A stretch of 64,000 nt of DNA, taken from assembly GCA_963735805.1 (NCBI GenBank), contig CAVTMK010000004.1, forward strand, positions 320,001-384,000, read 5' to 3'. Positions 9,951-19,955 of this stretch are shown here, piece by piece. This DNA comes from an uncultured Verrucomicrobiae bacterium. Its GTDB lineage: Bacteria > Verrucomicrobiota > Verrucomicrobiia > Chthoniobacterales > UBA10450. The notes beneath the pieces were generated by a model, which saw only the letters and a list, made by a program, of their open reading frames with translations, ran no database searches and was not told where the DNA came from. Both the position numbers and the translations under genes were made by a program. Numbering within the stretch: the stretch's first letter is position 1; each line of letters begins with the position of its first letter.

Positions 9951-11258
9951 ATGAAGATGGTCCAGCGGGCTGCCATTCTCATACTGTCTGTCTTCGCCTG
10001 TCACACGTTTCGTGCGGCTTTGCCGGCACATAGCGTGAGTCCGTCGCGACAATTCGTCATCTACGGCGGGGATGCGGCGCTGCGAGGGACGATTTCCGAA
10101 CTTTCAGAGCAGACTAAGACGAATCTCCTCGCCCTATTGCGCGAGCGCGACGAATGGAAAACTTCCGTTATAATTAGTTTGCAACGACAACAGGCGAACC
10201 TGCCCAAAGTTCCACCAACCGACTTGCGAGTCAGCCAGACCGGCTTTGGTGTGAAGCTGCAACTCGATTTGACGGTCGGTCAAGACCTCGACGCTTCGTT
10301 GATTGAGCGCCAGCTACTGCGCGCCGTTCTGCTCGAGATGATTTATCGAGACGAAAACGATCTACTGCCCGGCTCCAGACTTGTCGAACCGCCGGACTGG
10401 CTGCTGGAAGGTGTGCTGGCGTTGACGCCGGGCCGAGAACGGGAGCCTCTGATAGAGGCGCTTTCAACAACCGAGAAACGAAAGTCATTAGAGGAATTCC
10501 TGGGCCAGCGATTCGGTCTTCTCGATTCCGCTGGACGCATCCTTTACCGGGCCTATTCCGTCGTACTCGTGCAATTGCTCCTTCAGCAGGGAGGTGGACA
10601 CGCCCATTTGGCCCGTTACATCGCGAATCTTTCGCGGACGTCGAATGATCCGATTGGTGATTTGAAGGCGTGGTTTCCGAGTTTACGCGAGGACTTGGAT
10701 AAGAAATGGCGTTCGATGGTTGTTCGGCTGAGCAACTATCCAACGTACCAGTTGCTGACCTTTGCCGAAAGCGAACGACGACTTGATGAATTGTTGCAGT
10801 TCAAGATTTCAGGAGGGACACGCAATCGCGGCAGACCAGAAACGGTGAATCTTACCGAGCTTACGCGCCGCAAAGCGTCGCCAGAAGAAAAAGCCGCGAC
10901 CGACCAAATGAGCCAGGCGTTGCTATTGCTTGTGGGGACTGCGCATCCAATTATGCGTCCGGTGGCCCGCGAGTACCAGCAAATTGCAGCGTTGCTCGCC
11001 CGTGGGAAAAGGAAGGGAATTACAAAACGCCTGTCGCATTTGGACGTTACTCGCAAGCAACTCGCCGCTCGAATGGGCGAGATTGATGATTACATGAACT
11101 GGTTTGAAGCCACACAAATGGAGAGTCGGAGTGGCGCTTTCAAAAATTACCTCAAGGCGGCAAATGAAACAGAGGTCTCCGCATTGAGGCGACGCGACCC
11201 GCTCTCAGTGTATCTCGATGCGCTTGAAGATCAGCTCGAGTCTTCCGGGCCGGAGTGA
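9951..11258 (+). CDS. Hypothetical exported protein
   Basis: 435-aa ORF with signal peptide; PDWLLEG and YRAYS resemble peptidase-MA-like motifs, but there is no HExxH. Confidence 0.7.
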   Translation: MKMVQRAAILILSVFACHTFRAALPAHSVSPSRQFVIYGGDAALRGTISELSEQTKTNLLALLRERDEWKTSVIISLQRQQANLPKVPPTDLRVSQTGFGVKLQLDLTVGQDLDASLIERQLLRAVLLEMIYRDENDLLPGSRLVEPPDWLLEGVLALTPGREREPLIEALSTTEKRKSLEEFLGQRFGLLDSAGRILYRAYSVVLVQLLLQQGGGHAHLARYIANLSRTSNDPIGDLKAWFPSLREDLDKKWRSMVVRLSNYPTYQLLTFAESERRLDELLQFKISGGTRNRGRPETVNLTELTRRKASPEEKAATDQMSQALLLLVGTAHPIMRPVAREYQQIAALLARGKRKGITKRLSHLDVTRKQLAARMGEIDDYMNWFEATQMESRSGAFKNYLKAANETEVSALRRRDPLSVYLDALEDQLESSGPE

Positions 11259-11401
11259 AGGACTATCTAGATCGCTGCGTGATGCTATCCAATTCTCAAC
11301 ACTCCAATGCTCCAATAACTCCATTTGCCGGACGGTAGTTGCCGGTTCCGTGTTTGGCGATTATGCTTCAAAGCGCGTTTAAGACGCGCCTTTTTCATCC
11401 C

Positions 11402-11848
11402 ATGCAAAAAATTGGATTTGCTGAAGCGCTTGATTCCATTGTGAGGAGCGACCCGCGGTACCAGCGGGACTCATACGTTTTTCTGCGTGATGCGCTCGAT
11501 TTCACGACAAAACAGCAGAAGAAAGTCAAAGGGACCAGCGTCCGCCACGTGACGGGTCCGGAACTCCTGGAGGGTCTGCGCCAGTACGCGCTAAAGGAGT
11601 TTGGACCGATGGTCATGACGGTTTTCGATAATTGGGGCATTCATTCGTGCGGGGATATTGGAAATATGGTTTTTAATCTGATCAGCGCCGGAATATTCGG
11701 AAAAACCGAGGAAGATTCGATAGAAGATTTCAGAAATGTCTATGATTTCGAACAGGTTTTTGTGAAGCCGTTCGCGCCGGAAAAACCAGCGGCGACCAAG
11801 GCACGGGCGGGTTTGCCGGCGCCGAAGGCGACTGCATCCAGAAAGTGA
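11402..11848 (+). CDS. Minf_1886-family (PVC-conserved) protein
   Basis: DPRY..SYVFLRDAL, RHVTGPELLEG, FGPM..TVFDNWGI, DIGNMVFNL, DSIEDF. Confidence 0.8.
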   Translation: MQKIGFAEALDSIVRSDPRYQRDSYVFLRDALDFTTKQQKKVKGTSVRHVTGPELLEGLRQYALKEFGPMVMTVFDNWGIHSCGDIGNMVFNLISAGIFGKTEEDSIEDFRNVYDFEQVFVKPFAPEKPAATKARAGLPAPKATASRK

Positions 11849-11896
11849 TCAGCAACGACTGATCGCTGAGGACGCCGCCGGCGTCCGGCCCAATCC

Positions 11897-14536
11897 ATGG
11901 CTCGCATCCCACTAGCAAAGTTTTCCTCAGCGGTTCTATTATTTATGATGGTCAATCTCAAAGCTGCTACCACTGAACCTTCCCCTGTCATCACGTTCCC
12001 GCCGAGCTCGGCGCACAAGTGGATTTTGCCAAACGGGCTGACCATCATCGTGCAGGAAGATCATAGCGCTCCTGTGGCTAGCGTACAGGCGTGGTGCGCT
12101 ACTGGAAGCATCGACGAGGATCAGCACCTCGGCGCGGGGTTGTCCCACATTCTGGAACATATGCTCTTCAAGGGAACAAAGGCCCGCGGGAAAAATGAAA
12201 TCGCGCAAAAAATCCAGGACGTTGGTGGTTACATTAATGCTTACACATCGTTCGATCGCACGGTTTTTTGGATAGACGTCCCAAAAGATGGCGTTGCTAG
12301 CGCCCTCGATATTTTGGCGGATGCGATGATGAATTCGACGTTGCCGCCGGAGGAATATCAAAAAGAACAGGAAGTGATTCGCCGCGAGTTTGCCATGGGA
12401 ATGGATGATCCCGATCGCATGGCAGGGCTGCTGCTTTTTTCCACCGCGTATCAGGTGCATCCCTATCGCTTCCCAGTCATCGGAGAGATCGAAATCTATA
12501 ACCAGCTCACGCAAGAGCAGGTAATGCAGTATTACAAAACACGTTACGTCCCCAACAATCTCACGTTCATCGTAGTGGGCGATGTCGATGCGGAAAAAGT
12601 GCGACAACAACTTGGCGACTTGTTTAAGCCCTATCCGGAGAAATCGCTTCAGCCGGTATTCATTCCGGCGGAACCGCCGCAACTTGGCCGGCGCGAAGTG
12701 AATCAGGAATTTGCCACTGAACTGTCGCATCTCTCACTGGCATGGCACATCCCAGCGGTCACGAACCCGGACGTACCCGCGCTTGATCTACTTTCGACGA
12801 TTCTTGGTGAGGGCCGCAGTTCGCGTCTGTACCGGCGCGTTCGCGAGGAGGCTGGTCTCGCGTTTGGCATATCGGCATTCTCCTACACGCCAGGTGATCC
12901 CGGTTTGTTCGGCATCGATGCGACTGTCGATCCAAAAAAGCGCGAAGGAGCCGAGCAATTGGCGTTGCAAATTGTTGACGAAGTAAAACAAAGTGGCGTC
13001 ACCGCGGATGAATTGACGAAGGCAAAAAAAATCATGCTCAGTCACCATCTCGGAGCGCTGACGACCATGCGGGGCCAGGCCTCGGACGTCGGGTCAAACT
13101 GGTTGCTCACGCACGATCTTAATTTCAGCCGCCATTATCTCGACGCGGTCCAGAAAGTAACCCTGGACGATGTCAAACGCGTCGCCGCGCAGTACCTGAC
13201 GGAAAACAATTTGACGGTGATCTCGTTGAATCCAAAGGGTTCGCTGACTGCCAAAACGGAAGGTCCGAAGGTCGCCGCTGCCGGTGAGATCAAGAAATTT
13301 GAATTATCAAACGGACTGCGTCTTCTGGTTCGCGAAGATCCTCGTTTACCACTTGTGGCGATGGGCGCGGTTTTTCGCGGCGGCCTTCTTGCGGAAAATC
13401 CGCAGGACAACGGTATCACGCATCTGATGGCGAAAGTGCTGTTGAAAGGGACCAAAACGCGCACCGCCGAGCAAATCGCAAACGAGATCGAAACGGTAGG
13501 CGGTTCCATTTCGAGCGAGTCGGGCAACAACAGTTTTGGCGTATCGGTCGATGTCACGAAACCCGATCTGAAACTTGGCGTGGACTTGCTTTCTGACGTC
13601 CTGCTCAATGCCACCATGCCGGAGAAGGCGATCGCGCGTGAAAAAGAAATCCAGATCGCGGGGATCCAGCAGGAGGACGAACAACTGACGACGGTTGCGC
13701 GCAACATTATGAGGCAGGCGCTCTTTCAGCAGCATCCCTATGCGCTGCGCTCAAACGGATCGGTGGAGTCCGTTCAGCATTTAACGCAAAAAGATTTGCT
13801 GGAATTTCGCGATCGTTATGTAGTCGCAAAAAACGGCGTTATCTATGTTTTCGGAGATGTTAAAGCAGCCGAGGTAAAGCAGCTTGTGGAACAGACGTTC
13901 GGCAAAATGAAGCCTGGCGCACTGGCTCTTACCGACGCAAAGCCGTCCACGCCGCTGGGCAAACCAGAGACTGTTGAAAGTCGCAAAGACAAGGCGCAAG
14001 GCGTGATCATGGTTGGTTTTCGCGGCGCGAGCTTATCGAGTCCGGATCGCTATGCGCTGGAATTGATCGACGAAGCGAGCAGCGATCTCGGTTCGCGTTT
14101 CTTCATCCGCATTCGTGACCCAGGTTGGGCTTATTATGTCGGCGCAAGCCAGATGCAGGGTCTTGTTCCCGGACTTTTTGCGTTTTATCTCGGCACGGAT
14201 CCGCAAAAGATCGAGCCGGTGAAAAGCGCGTTGCTTGATGAGATTCACAAGCTGGCAAAGGAAGGTCTGACCCCTGAAGAATTAGCGCGCGCGAAAAAGA
14301 AATTGATTGGGCAACAGGAGATCGCCAATCAAAGCAACGACGCTTTCGGTTATCATTGCGCGCTGGACGAACTCTACGGACTCGGCTTTGATTACTACAA
14401 GCAACTCGACCACGATGTGAACGCAGTAACGCTCGAGAACATTAAACAAGTGGCTGCGAAATATTTTCGCGATCAACCGTATGTTTTGGCAACGGTCCGA
14501 CCTCCGGAAGGTTCCGCAGCTGCGAAACATAAATGA
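11897..14536 (+). CDS. M16 (pitrilysin/insulinase) zinc peptidase, fused two-module form
   Basis: HILEHMLFKGT (HxxEH), NAYTS; second module is degenerate (HLMAK). Confidence 0.93.
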   Translation: MARIPLAKFSSAVLLFMMVNLKAATTEPSPVITFPPSSAHKWILPNGLTIIVQEDHSAPVASVQAWCATGSIDEDQHLGAGLSHILEHMLFKGTKARGKNEIAQKIQDVGGYINAYTSFDRTVFWIDVPKDGVASALDILADAMMNSTLPPEEYQKEQEVIRREFAMGMDDPDRMAGLLLFSTAYQVHPYRFPVIGEIEIYNQLTQEQVMQYYKTRYVPNNLTFIVVGDVDAEKVRQQLGDLFKPYPEKSLQPVFIPAEPPQLGRREVNQEFATELSHLSLAWHIPAVTNPDVPALDLLSTILGEGRSSRLYRRVREEAGLAFGISAFSYTPGDPGLFGIDATVDPKKREGAEQLALQIVDEVKQSGVTADELTKAKKIMLSHHLGALTTMRGQASDVGSNWLLTHDLNFSRHYLDAVQKVTLDDVKRVAAQYLTENNLTVISLNPKGSLTAKTEGPKVAAAGEIKKFELSNGLRLLVREDPRLPLVAMGAVFRGGLLAENPQDNGITHLMAKVLLKGTKTRTAEQIANEIETVGGSISSESGNNSFGVSVDVTKPDLKLGVDLLSDVLLNATMPEKAIAREKEIQIAGIQQEDEQLTTVARNIMRQALFQQHPYALRSNGSVESVQHLTQKDLLEFRDRYVVAKNGVIYVFGDVKAAEVKQLVEQTFGKMKPGALALTDAKPSTPLGKPETVESRKDKAQGVIMVGFRGASLSSPDRYALELIDEASSDLGSRFFIRIRDPGWAYYVGASQMQGLVPGLFAFYLGTDPQKIEPVKSALLDEIHKLAKEGLTPEELARAKKKLIGQQEIANQSNDAFGYHCALDELYGLGFDYYKQLDHDVNAVTLENIKQVAAKYFRDQPYVLATVRPPEGSAAAKHK

Positions 14537-14539
14537 GCC

Positions 14540-14980
14540 ATGGCTGAAGTCCAAAAAACCACACTGAGCGGCGAGCTGTCACAGCGCTTTATCGAATTTG
14601 TGGTGATGCACGCCCAAAACGCAGCGCTGTTTCTTGGGCAAATTCCAAATCCAAAAACCGGTCAGGGCGAAGTGAACCTCGACCTGGCACGTATGTTCAT
14701 CGATCAACTGGCCATGATTCAGGAAAAAACGCGCGGCAATCTGACGACTGAAGAGGCAAAAGTATTGAGCAACGCGCTTTCCAATTTGCAGATGGCATAC
14801 GTCGAAGTCGCGCGTGAACAGCCTAAAGAGGCTATGCAGCCCGAGCCGCCGGAAGCCGCGCCGTCACCAGAACCGGCGGAACAATCATCGACCGTTAAGC
14901 CGGAGCCCTCAGCTGCCGACAGCTCTTCCGGGCCCGAGACAGAATCGCGTAAGAAATTTACCAAGAGCTACGGGCCGTAA
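14540..14980 (+). CDS. DUF1844 domain protein
   Basis: LGQIPNP...NLDLARMFIDQL...KTRGNL pattern. Confidence 0.8.
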   Translation: MAEVQKTTLSGELSQRFIEFVVMHAQNAALFLGQIPNPKTGQGEVNLDLARMFIDQLAMIQEKTRGNLTTEEAKVLSNALSNLQMAYVEVAREQPKEAMQPEPPEAAPSPEPAEQSSTVKPEPSAADSSSGPETESRKKFTKSYGP

Positions 14981-15121
14981 TCGGGGCAAATTGCGCTGCT
15001 TTCTATAGCCGACCTCGTTGACGCCGGTCTCCAACGCTAGGGACAGCTTTCGCGGGCCATCTGATCGAAAAGGTTCCTGATTACGAGAACACAAACATCA
15101 GTGCGAGGCGCGCGCTCTACC

Positions 15122-16153
15122 CTAGCGCTGGCTGGTGCGCTCGGCGGGCGTGGCGCGCGGACGTGGCTTTGCTTTCGCCGTTTTGCGCACGGTGATGGTT
15201 CGCTGACCAGCGACGGCAGGAGCAGGACTGGGCGATGCTTCGGCGTACTTCTTTGTAGTGGGCCAGATCAAGCGCCACGGTTGAGTCTTAATTGTCTCGC
15301 TGAATTGCTTGATGTTTTCGCCGGCTGGCTGGAGCTCGGTCGTTGCGACCTTTAGTTTTTCCGATGAGCTCCGCAGGTTTTGCAGGGTGACTTGGATGTT
15401 GTCGTTGTCCGTAAGACTGGTGCTGATCTTTTCGATGTTGGCCAGTGAATGCGAAAGCGCACTGTCCGGCGCAGTCAGGTCGACCAGATGTTGGCCGAAC
15501 GTTTTGAACTGGCCCAGCGCAAGTGTGAGCTCGGAGTTCTCGTCCGTGAGACGATTTAGGTTTTGCGCGGTCTGCTGAAGGTCTTTCATCGTGTTGGTTG
15601 CTTCGGCTGCAACCGGTTTGATCACTTCCAGCATTTTTGCTGCGGCTTCGCCCAGATCGGGTGTGCGTTCGCCGGCGTATATTTCACCATCTTTCGCACG
15701 GCCGGAATCACTCGTACCTTGGGTGAAATCGATGGCCAGGTCTCCCAGCAACCCGAGCTGCATCATTCGCACCTTGGCGTCGCGATACACCTTGGCGCTC
15801 TTGTCCACCTGCACATCCACGCGCACCTCGAATCGCGGTTTGCCCGGCGTTGCTGATGGGCTTGGACTTGGATTTGCTTCGGACCGATGCAATGCCGCTT
15901 CTGCTGCTTCGGCCTGTTTTTCTTCCTGCGGCGTCACCGGCGAAAATAATTTCTGGACCTGTCCGATCTTTCGACCGGCCAGCATTACCGGGGCGCCTTG
16001 TTTAAGCCCGGCCGCGTTATCGAAGTAAATCTGGTAGGTCACCAGCGGTCGGAACAACCCTGGTGCACCGAGCAAAACCAGAAGGAAAGCGACTACCGCG
16101 ATCGTGCCGATCACGAGCAGACCAGTCAGAATTTCATTTTTTTGTAATTGCAT
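15122..16153 (-). CDS. mlaD: MCE/MlaD-family substrate-binding protein
   Basis: N-terminal TM helix, FDNAAGLKQGAPV.LAG..IGQV, GLLGD; downstream of mlaEF. Confidence 0.85.
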   Translation of the reverse strand: MQLQKNEILTGLLVIGTIAVVAFLLVLLGAPGLFRPLVTYQIYFDNAAGLKQGAPVMLAGRKIGQVQKLFSPVTPQEEKQAEAAEAALHRSEANPSPSPSATPGKPRFEVRVDVQVDKSAKVYRDAKVRMMQLGLLGDLAIDFTQGTSDSGRAKDGEIYAGERTPDLGEAAAKMLEVIKPVAAEATNTMKDLQQTAQNLNRLTDENSELTLALGQFKTFGQHLVDLTAPDSALSHSLANIEKISTSLTDNDNIQVTLQNLRSSSEKLKVATTELQPAGENIKQFSETIKTQPWRLIWPTTKKYAEASPSPAPAVAGQRTITVRKTAKAKPRPRATPAERTSQR

Positions 16154-16922
16154 CGAGACTACCTTCCAGAATTGGACCTTCAGTGCTGCCGCTCACGAAC
16201 TGCGCGACCACCGGATTTTTGGAATGCTTGAATTCTTCAGGTTTGGCTTCTTCAATGATTGTTCCCTGGTACAACATAGCCATTCGCGTGGCTATGCGAA
16301 AGGCGCTGTCCATTTCGTGGGTGGCGGTAATGGATGTGACCTTCGATTTCTCGCTCAGGCTGATAATTAATTCGTCGATCACCGACGCAATGACTGGGTC
16401 GAGTCCGGCCGAGGGCTCATCCAGTAGAAGCAATTCGGGGTCGAGCACAAGCGCGCGCGCCAGCGCAACCCGCTTTCGCATTCCACCACTGAGCTCCTCA
16501 GGCAGCAGCTCCTTGGAATCGGCCATGCCAACAAGTTCTAGTTTTTCATCGACAATCTTATCGATCTCACTGCGCGATTTATCGGTCAGCTCTTCCAGCG
16601 GCAACGCAACGTTGTCGCGCACATTGCGGGAACTCAGCAGTGCTGAATACTGAAAGACCATGCCAATGTGCCGTCGCACTCGTTGAAGCTTGCGGCGGGA
16701 CAGGCGCGTGATTTCAAATTGCTTGAAGAAAATCGAACCGGAATCGGGGCGCAGGGTGCCGAGTATCAATCGCAAAATCGTGCTCTTGCCACCACCGCTC
16801 TGGCCCATGATTACCAGACGTTCGCGTGGCTCGACTTTGAGCGAGACGCCGTCGAGCACTTTCTTTTCCTCGAACCGCATGTGCAGATCGCGCAGTTCGA
16901 CCATCTGCAGCGGGGTGCTCAC
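16134..16922 (-). CDS. mlaF: ABC ATP-binding protein, MlaF/Mkl type
   Basis: GQSGGGKS, LSGGMRKR, LLLDEPSAGLDP. Likely GTG start at 16922 overlapping the mlaE stop (GTGA); the 17240 start in the ORF track over-extends. Confidence 0.9.
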   Translation of the reverse strand: MSTPLQMVELRDLHMRFEEKKVLDGVSLKVEPRERLVIMGQSGGGKSTILRLILGTLRPDSGSIFFKQFEITRLSRRKLQRVRRHIGMVFQYSALLSSRNVRDNVALPLEELTDKSRSEIDKIVDEKLELVGMADSKELLPEELSGGMRKRVALARALVLDPELLLLDEPSAGLDPVIASVIDELIISLSEKSKVTSITATHEMDSAFRIATRMAMLYQGTIIEEAKPEEFKHSKNPVVAQFVSGSTEGPILEGSLDAITKK

Positions 16923-17761
16923 GTCGGATAGAACGTAGTGTAAACGACGTTGTAGAGCGTATCGAAACCAATCACTGCGGTGATTGCAGTAACAACACTG
17001 GACGTCGTCGAACTGCCCACTCCCGCGGCGCCGCCTTTCACTGTCAATCCCCTGTAGCAGGCGATCGCGGCGATCAATAGACCGAACAGAAAACTCTTCA
17101 AAATGCCGGTGACAATGTCGCGGATTAGCAATGAATCTTTCACGAGGTCGAAAAAGTAAGGGAAAGCAATACTGAAGTAGGCTTTGCAGACCAGGCTGCT
17201 GGCGAATATCGCCGCCATGTTCGAAACAGTAGAAAGGCACGGCATCAACAAGACCAGGGCGAGCATTCGTGGCGCGACCAGGAAGCGCAACGGTCCGATG
17301 CCCATGGCTTCGATCGCCTCGACTTCTTCGGAAACCTGCATGGTGCCGAGCTCCGCTGTAAACGCCGCGCCGATGCGCGCTGCGATCATGATGCCTGTAA
17401 GCAAAGGCCCAAGCTCGCGCGTAAAAGCAATCGCAACCAGACCGGGAATCAGTCGCTCCGTTCCGAAACGCTGCAACTGGTAGCCGGTCAACAACGCCAT
17501 CGTCAGGCCAAGAAAAAAGGAAACCAGCCCTACGAGCGGCACCGAGTCGACACCGACCCGCTCGGTATGGCGAAAAAAACTGGCGGCAGAAAACGGGAGG
17601 CGTCCACGCTGAATCCGCTCGAACGTTTCTTCGAACGTATTCGCAATCAGCCAGAAGACGCTGCCCACTTCGCGAAGAAAATAGCGAGTGACATGGCCGA
17701 CTCCCTCGGCAATGACAACGGGCGGCGGTTCAGCGTTCGGCATGGACAGAAGTTGCCTCAC
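16919..17761 (-). CDS. mlaE: ABC permease, MlaE family
   Basis: RELGPLLTG..AARIGAAFTAELGTM.VSEE; GGAAGVG. Confidence 0.92.
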   Translation of the reverse strand: MRQLLSMPNAEPPPVVIAEGVGHVTRYFLREVGSVFWLIANTFEETFERIQRGRLPFSAASFFRHTERVGVDSVPLVGLVSFFLGLTMALLTGYQLQRFGTERLIPGLVAIAFTRELGPLLTGIMIAARIGAAFTAELGTMQVSEEVEAIEAMGIGPLRFLVAPRMLALVLLMPCLSTVSNMAAIFASSLVCKAYFSIAFPYFFDLVKDSLLIRDIVTGILKSFLFGLLIAAIACYRGLTVKGGAAGVGSSTTSSVVTAITAVIGFDTLYNVVYTTFYPT

Positions 17762-17785
17762 TTCTCCATCGGGAAAAGAGCAAAG

Positions 17786-17880
17786 TATTGAGATGTTAAA
17801 CGTTAAACGGGTTACAAAGCCGAAACGGACGGGACGATTTAGTGCTTCAACAGTTCGGCATTTCGTGAAAGCTTTCGACG
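17786..17880. repeat. Octamer-periodic inverted repeat element (CGTTRAAG family), degenerate copy
   Basis: TGTTAAA-CGTTAAAC... then ATTTAGTG-CTTCAACA-GTTCGGCA, between divergent mlaE and iaaA. Confidence 0.5.
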
Positions 17881-17927
17881 CGTGGCCTTTAGATGTTGAA
17901 ATTCGACCACGCTAACCACGACGCGGT

Positions 17928-19007
17928 GTGAAACTGTTTCGAAGAACAAATTGCTTGTTGGTCACGGTGCTATTTAGTGCGGAGGCGCTCCTGGCAGACG
18001 CCAGGCAATCATCTCCGGCGAGGGCTCCAAACGAGGGAGAACCAGACAATCAACCAGGCATGGAAACGAAGAAAATCGGACTCGCAATCCACGGCGGTGC
18101 TGGAACTATCGAGCGAAGCAACATGACCCCGGAGCGCGAGCGCGAATATCGCACCGGACTCGAACGGGCGCTCACGGCCGGTTATGAAACGCTTAAGCGT
18201 GGTGGCTCAAGTCTGGATGCGACGGAAGCCGCTGTGCGCGTACTTGAAGACGATCCACATTTTAACGCAGGCAAAGGCTCGGTGTTCACAAGCGCCGGGA
18301 CGAACGAGATGGACGCAGCCATCATGGACGGGAAAACACTTGCCGCCGGCGCGGTCGCTTCGTTGAAGCACATCAAAAATCCGATCAACCTCGCCCGGTT
18401 GGTGATGGAAAAATCCGGACACGTCATGATGGATGGCGAAGGCGCAGAAGCGTTCGCGAGGGAAAATGGTATTGAACCCGTAGACCAGAAATATTTTTTT
18501 ACCCAGGAGCGTTGGGATGCTTTGCAGAAGATGAAGGCTACTGAAAAGAGTCGAACGGGCGCTACCGGGAAAAAGTTTCTGATTAACGATCAAGATCGGC
18601 ACGGCACAGTGGGTGCAGTGGCACTGGATCAAAACGGGAATCTTGCGGCAGCGACTTCAACGGGTGGCACAACAAACAAGCGACCCGGTCGTATTGGCGA
18701 TTCGCCCGTAATCGGTGCAGGCACCTACGCAAACAATTCAACATGCGCCGTTTCCGCGACCGGCGACGGTGAATATTTTATCCGCGCAACAGTTGGACGT
18801 GACGTTTCGGCTTTGATGGAATATCGCGGGATGTCTCTCAAGGACGCGGCGCAGGCCGCTCTGGACAAGGTCGGGAAACTTGGCGGTACCGGCGGACTGA
18901 TCGCCATCGATCGCCTGGGCAACATTGCTTTGCCATTCAATACAGCTGGAATGTATCGCGGCTACGTCGATCCAAACGGCAAGTTTGTGATCGAAATCTA
19001 TCGTTGA
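17928..19007 (+). CDS. iaaA: Isoaspartyl peptidase/L-asparaginase (Ntn hydrolase)
   Basis: AIHGGAG, FNAGKGS, HGTVGAVA (catalytic Thr), TSTGG, GRIGDSP, TGDGE. Confidence 0.93.
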   Translation: MKLFRRTNCLLVTVLFSAEALLADARQSSPARAPNEGEPDNQPGMETKKIGLAIHGGAGTIERSNMTPEREREYRTGLERALTAGYETLKRGGSSLDATEAAVRVLEDDPHFNAGKGSVFTSAGTNEMDAAIMDGKTLAAGAVASLKHIKNPINLARLVMEKSGHVMMDGEGAEAFARENGIEPVDQKYFFTQERWDALQKMKATEKSRTGATGKKFLINDQDRHGTVGAVALDQNGNLAAATSTGGTTNKRPGRIGDSPVIGAGTYANNSTCAVSATGDGEYFIRATVGRDVSALMEYRGMSLKDAAQAALDKVGKLGGTGGLIAIDRLGNIALPFNTAGMYRGYVDPNGKFVIEIYR

Positions 19008-19076
19008 AGTGTTAAAGCGTTGAGGCGTTAAGGCGCTTGAAATGGAGACCTGGTTCAACGCTTCAACTGTTTAACG
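19002..19076. repeat. Octamer-periodic inverted repeat element (CGTTRAAG family)
   Basis: CGTTGAAG TGTTAAAG CGTTGAGG CGTTAAGG, spacer, GTTCAACG CTTCAACT GTTTAACG. Confidence 0.75.
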
Positions 19077-19083
19077 AACTCCC

Positions 19084-19797
19084 ATGCTTCCACCCTTTTC
19101 CGTCGTTATTCCCTGCTTCAACGAAGCGGCGCGCATTGGAGAGACGCTTCGCCTCTCGCTCGATTATCTCGCGGCCAATGCGCCGAAGAGCGAATTGATC
19201 GTGGTGAATGACGGATCAACCGACGCAACTGCGGCCATTGCGCGTGAAAGATTGAACGATGCAAAAGTCGAGACGCGCTTGCTCGAGAATTTTCCAAATC
19301 GGGGCAAAGGCGCGGCCGTTCGTTCCGGATTGCTTGCTGCGCAGAAACCGATCGGTCTGTTTTTCGATGCGGATCTTTCCACGCCGCTGGCCGAGGCACC
19401 CAAATTGATCGAGCCGATTGCAAACGGGGAGGTCGACATTGCATTTGGGTCTCGGGCGCTGAATCGGGGATTGATCGGCATCCATCAACCGTGGCGACGC
19501 GAGCAGGCCGGCCGCGCGTTCAACTTGCTGGTGCGTCTCGCCACCGGCCTGCCATTTTGGGATACTCAATGCGGGTTTAAGGCGTTTCGCCTCGACGTTT
19601 GCCGCGCTATCCTTGAAGCCGCCTGCATCGATGGCTTCGCTTTCGATGTTGAACTGCTTTATCTCGCGCAGCATGCTGGATTGCGAATCCGAGAAATTCC
19701 AGTGCGCTGGAACCATGCTGAGGGGAGCAAGGTTCAGTTTTTCAAGGATAGCCTGCGCATGTTGCGGGAAGTGATCACGCTGAGAACACGAACGTAG
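19084..19797 (+). CDS. GT2 glycosyltransferase, dolichyl-phosphate beta-glucosyltransferase-like
   Basis: SVVIPCFNE, NDGSTD, NRGKG, DADLS, DTQCGFK, FAFDVE. Confidence 0.9.
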   Translation: MLPPFSVVIPCFNEAARIGETLRLSLDYLAANAPKSELIVVNDGSTDATAAIARERLNDAKVETRLLENFPNRGKGAAVRSGLLAAQKPIGLFFDADLSTPLAEAPKLIEPIANGEVDIAFGSRALNRGLIGIHQPWRREQAGRAFNLLVRLATGLPFWDTQCGFKAFRLDVCRAILEAACIDGFAFDVELLYLAQHAGLRIREIPVRWNHAEGSKVQFFKDSLRMLREVITLRTRT

Positions 19798-19900
19798 TCG
19801 TCCAACGGATTTGAGGGATCTCACCAAATCTGATTGAGCGCACCACGTAGCTTGCGTGCTCTACATTTCACTGGGGAGGTCTGGCTTTGCTCGGGATGAC
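19797..19900. repeat. REP/MITE-like palindromic element (GTCATCC..GAGC / GCTCGGGATGAC family), degenerate
   Basis: GTCGTCC...GAGGGATCTCAC ... GGGAGGTC...TTTGCTCGGGATGAC. Confidence 0.6.
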
Positions 19901-19955
19901 AAAGGCTCCGTAGCTTTTCTTTGTCGTGTCTTCACATAAATTGGTTTTGTTTTCC

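Noticed and set aside
14981..15121. Possible small RNA between DUF1844 and mlaD
   Set aside because: It has a TTGACG and short stems, but no convincing -10, fold or family resemblance.
16923..17240. N-terminal 106-aa extension of the ABC ATPase in the ORF track
   Set aside because: It overlaps mlaE in another frame; the GTGA-coupled start at 16922 is more plausible.
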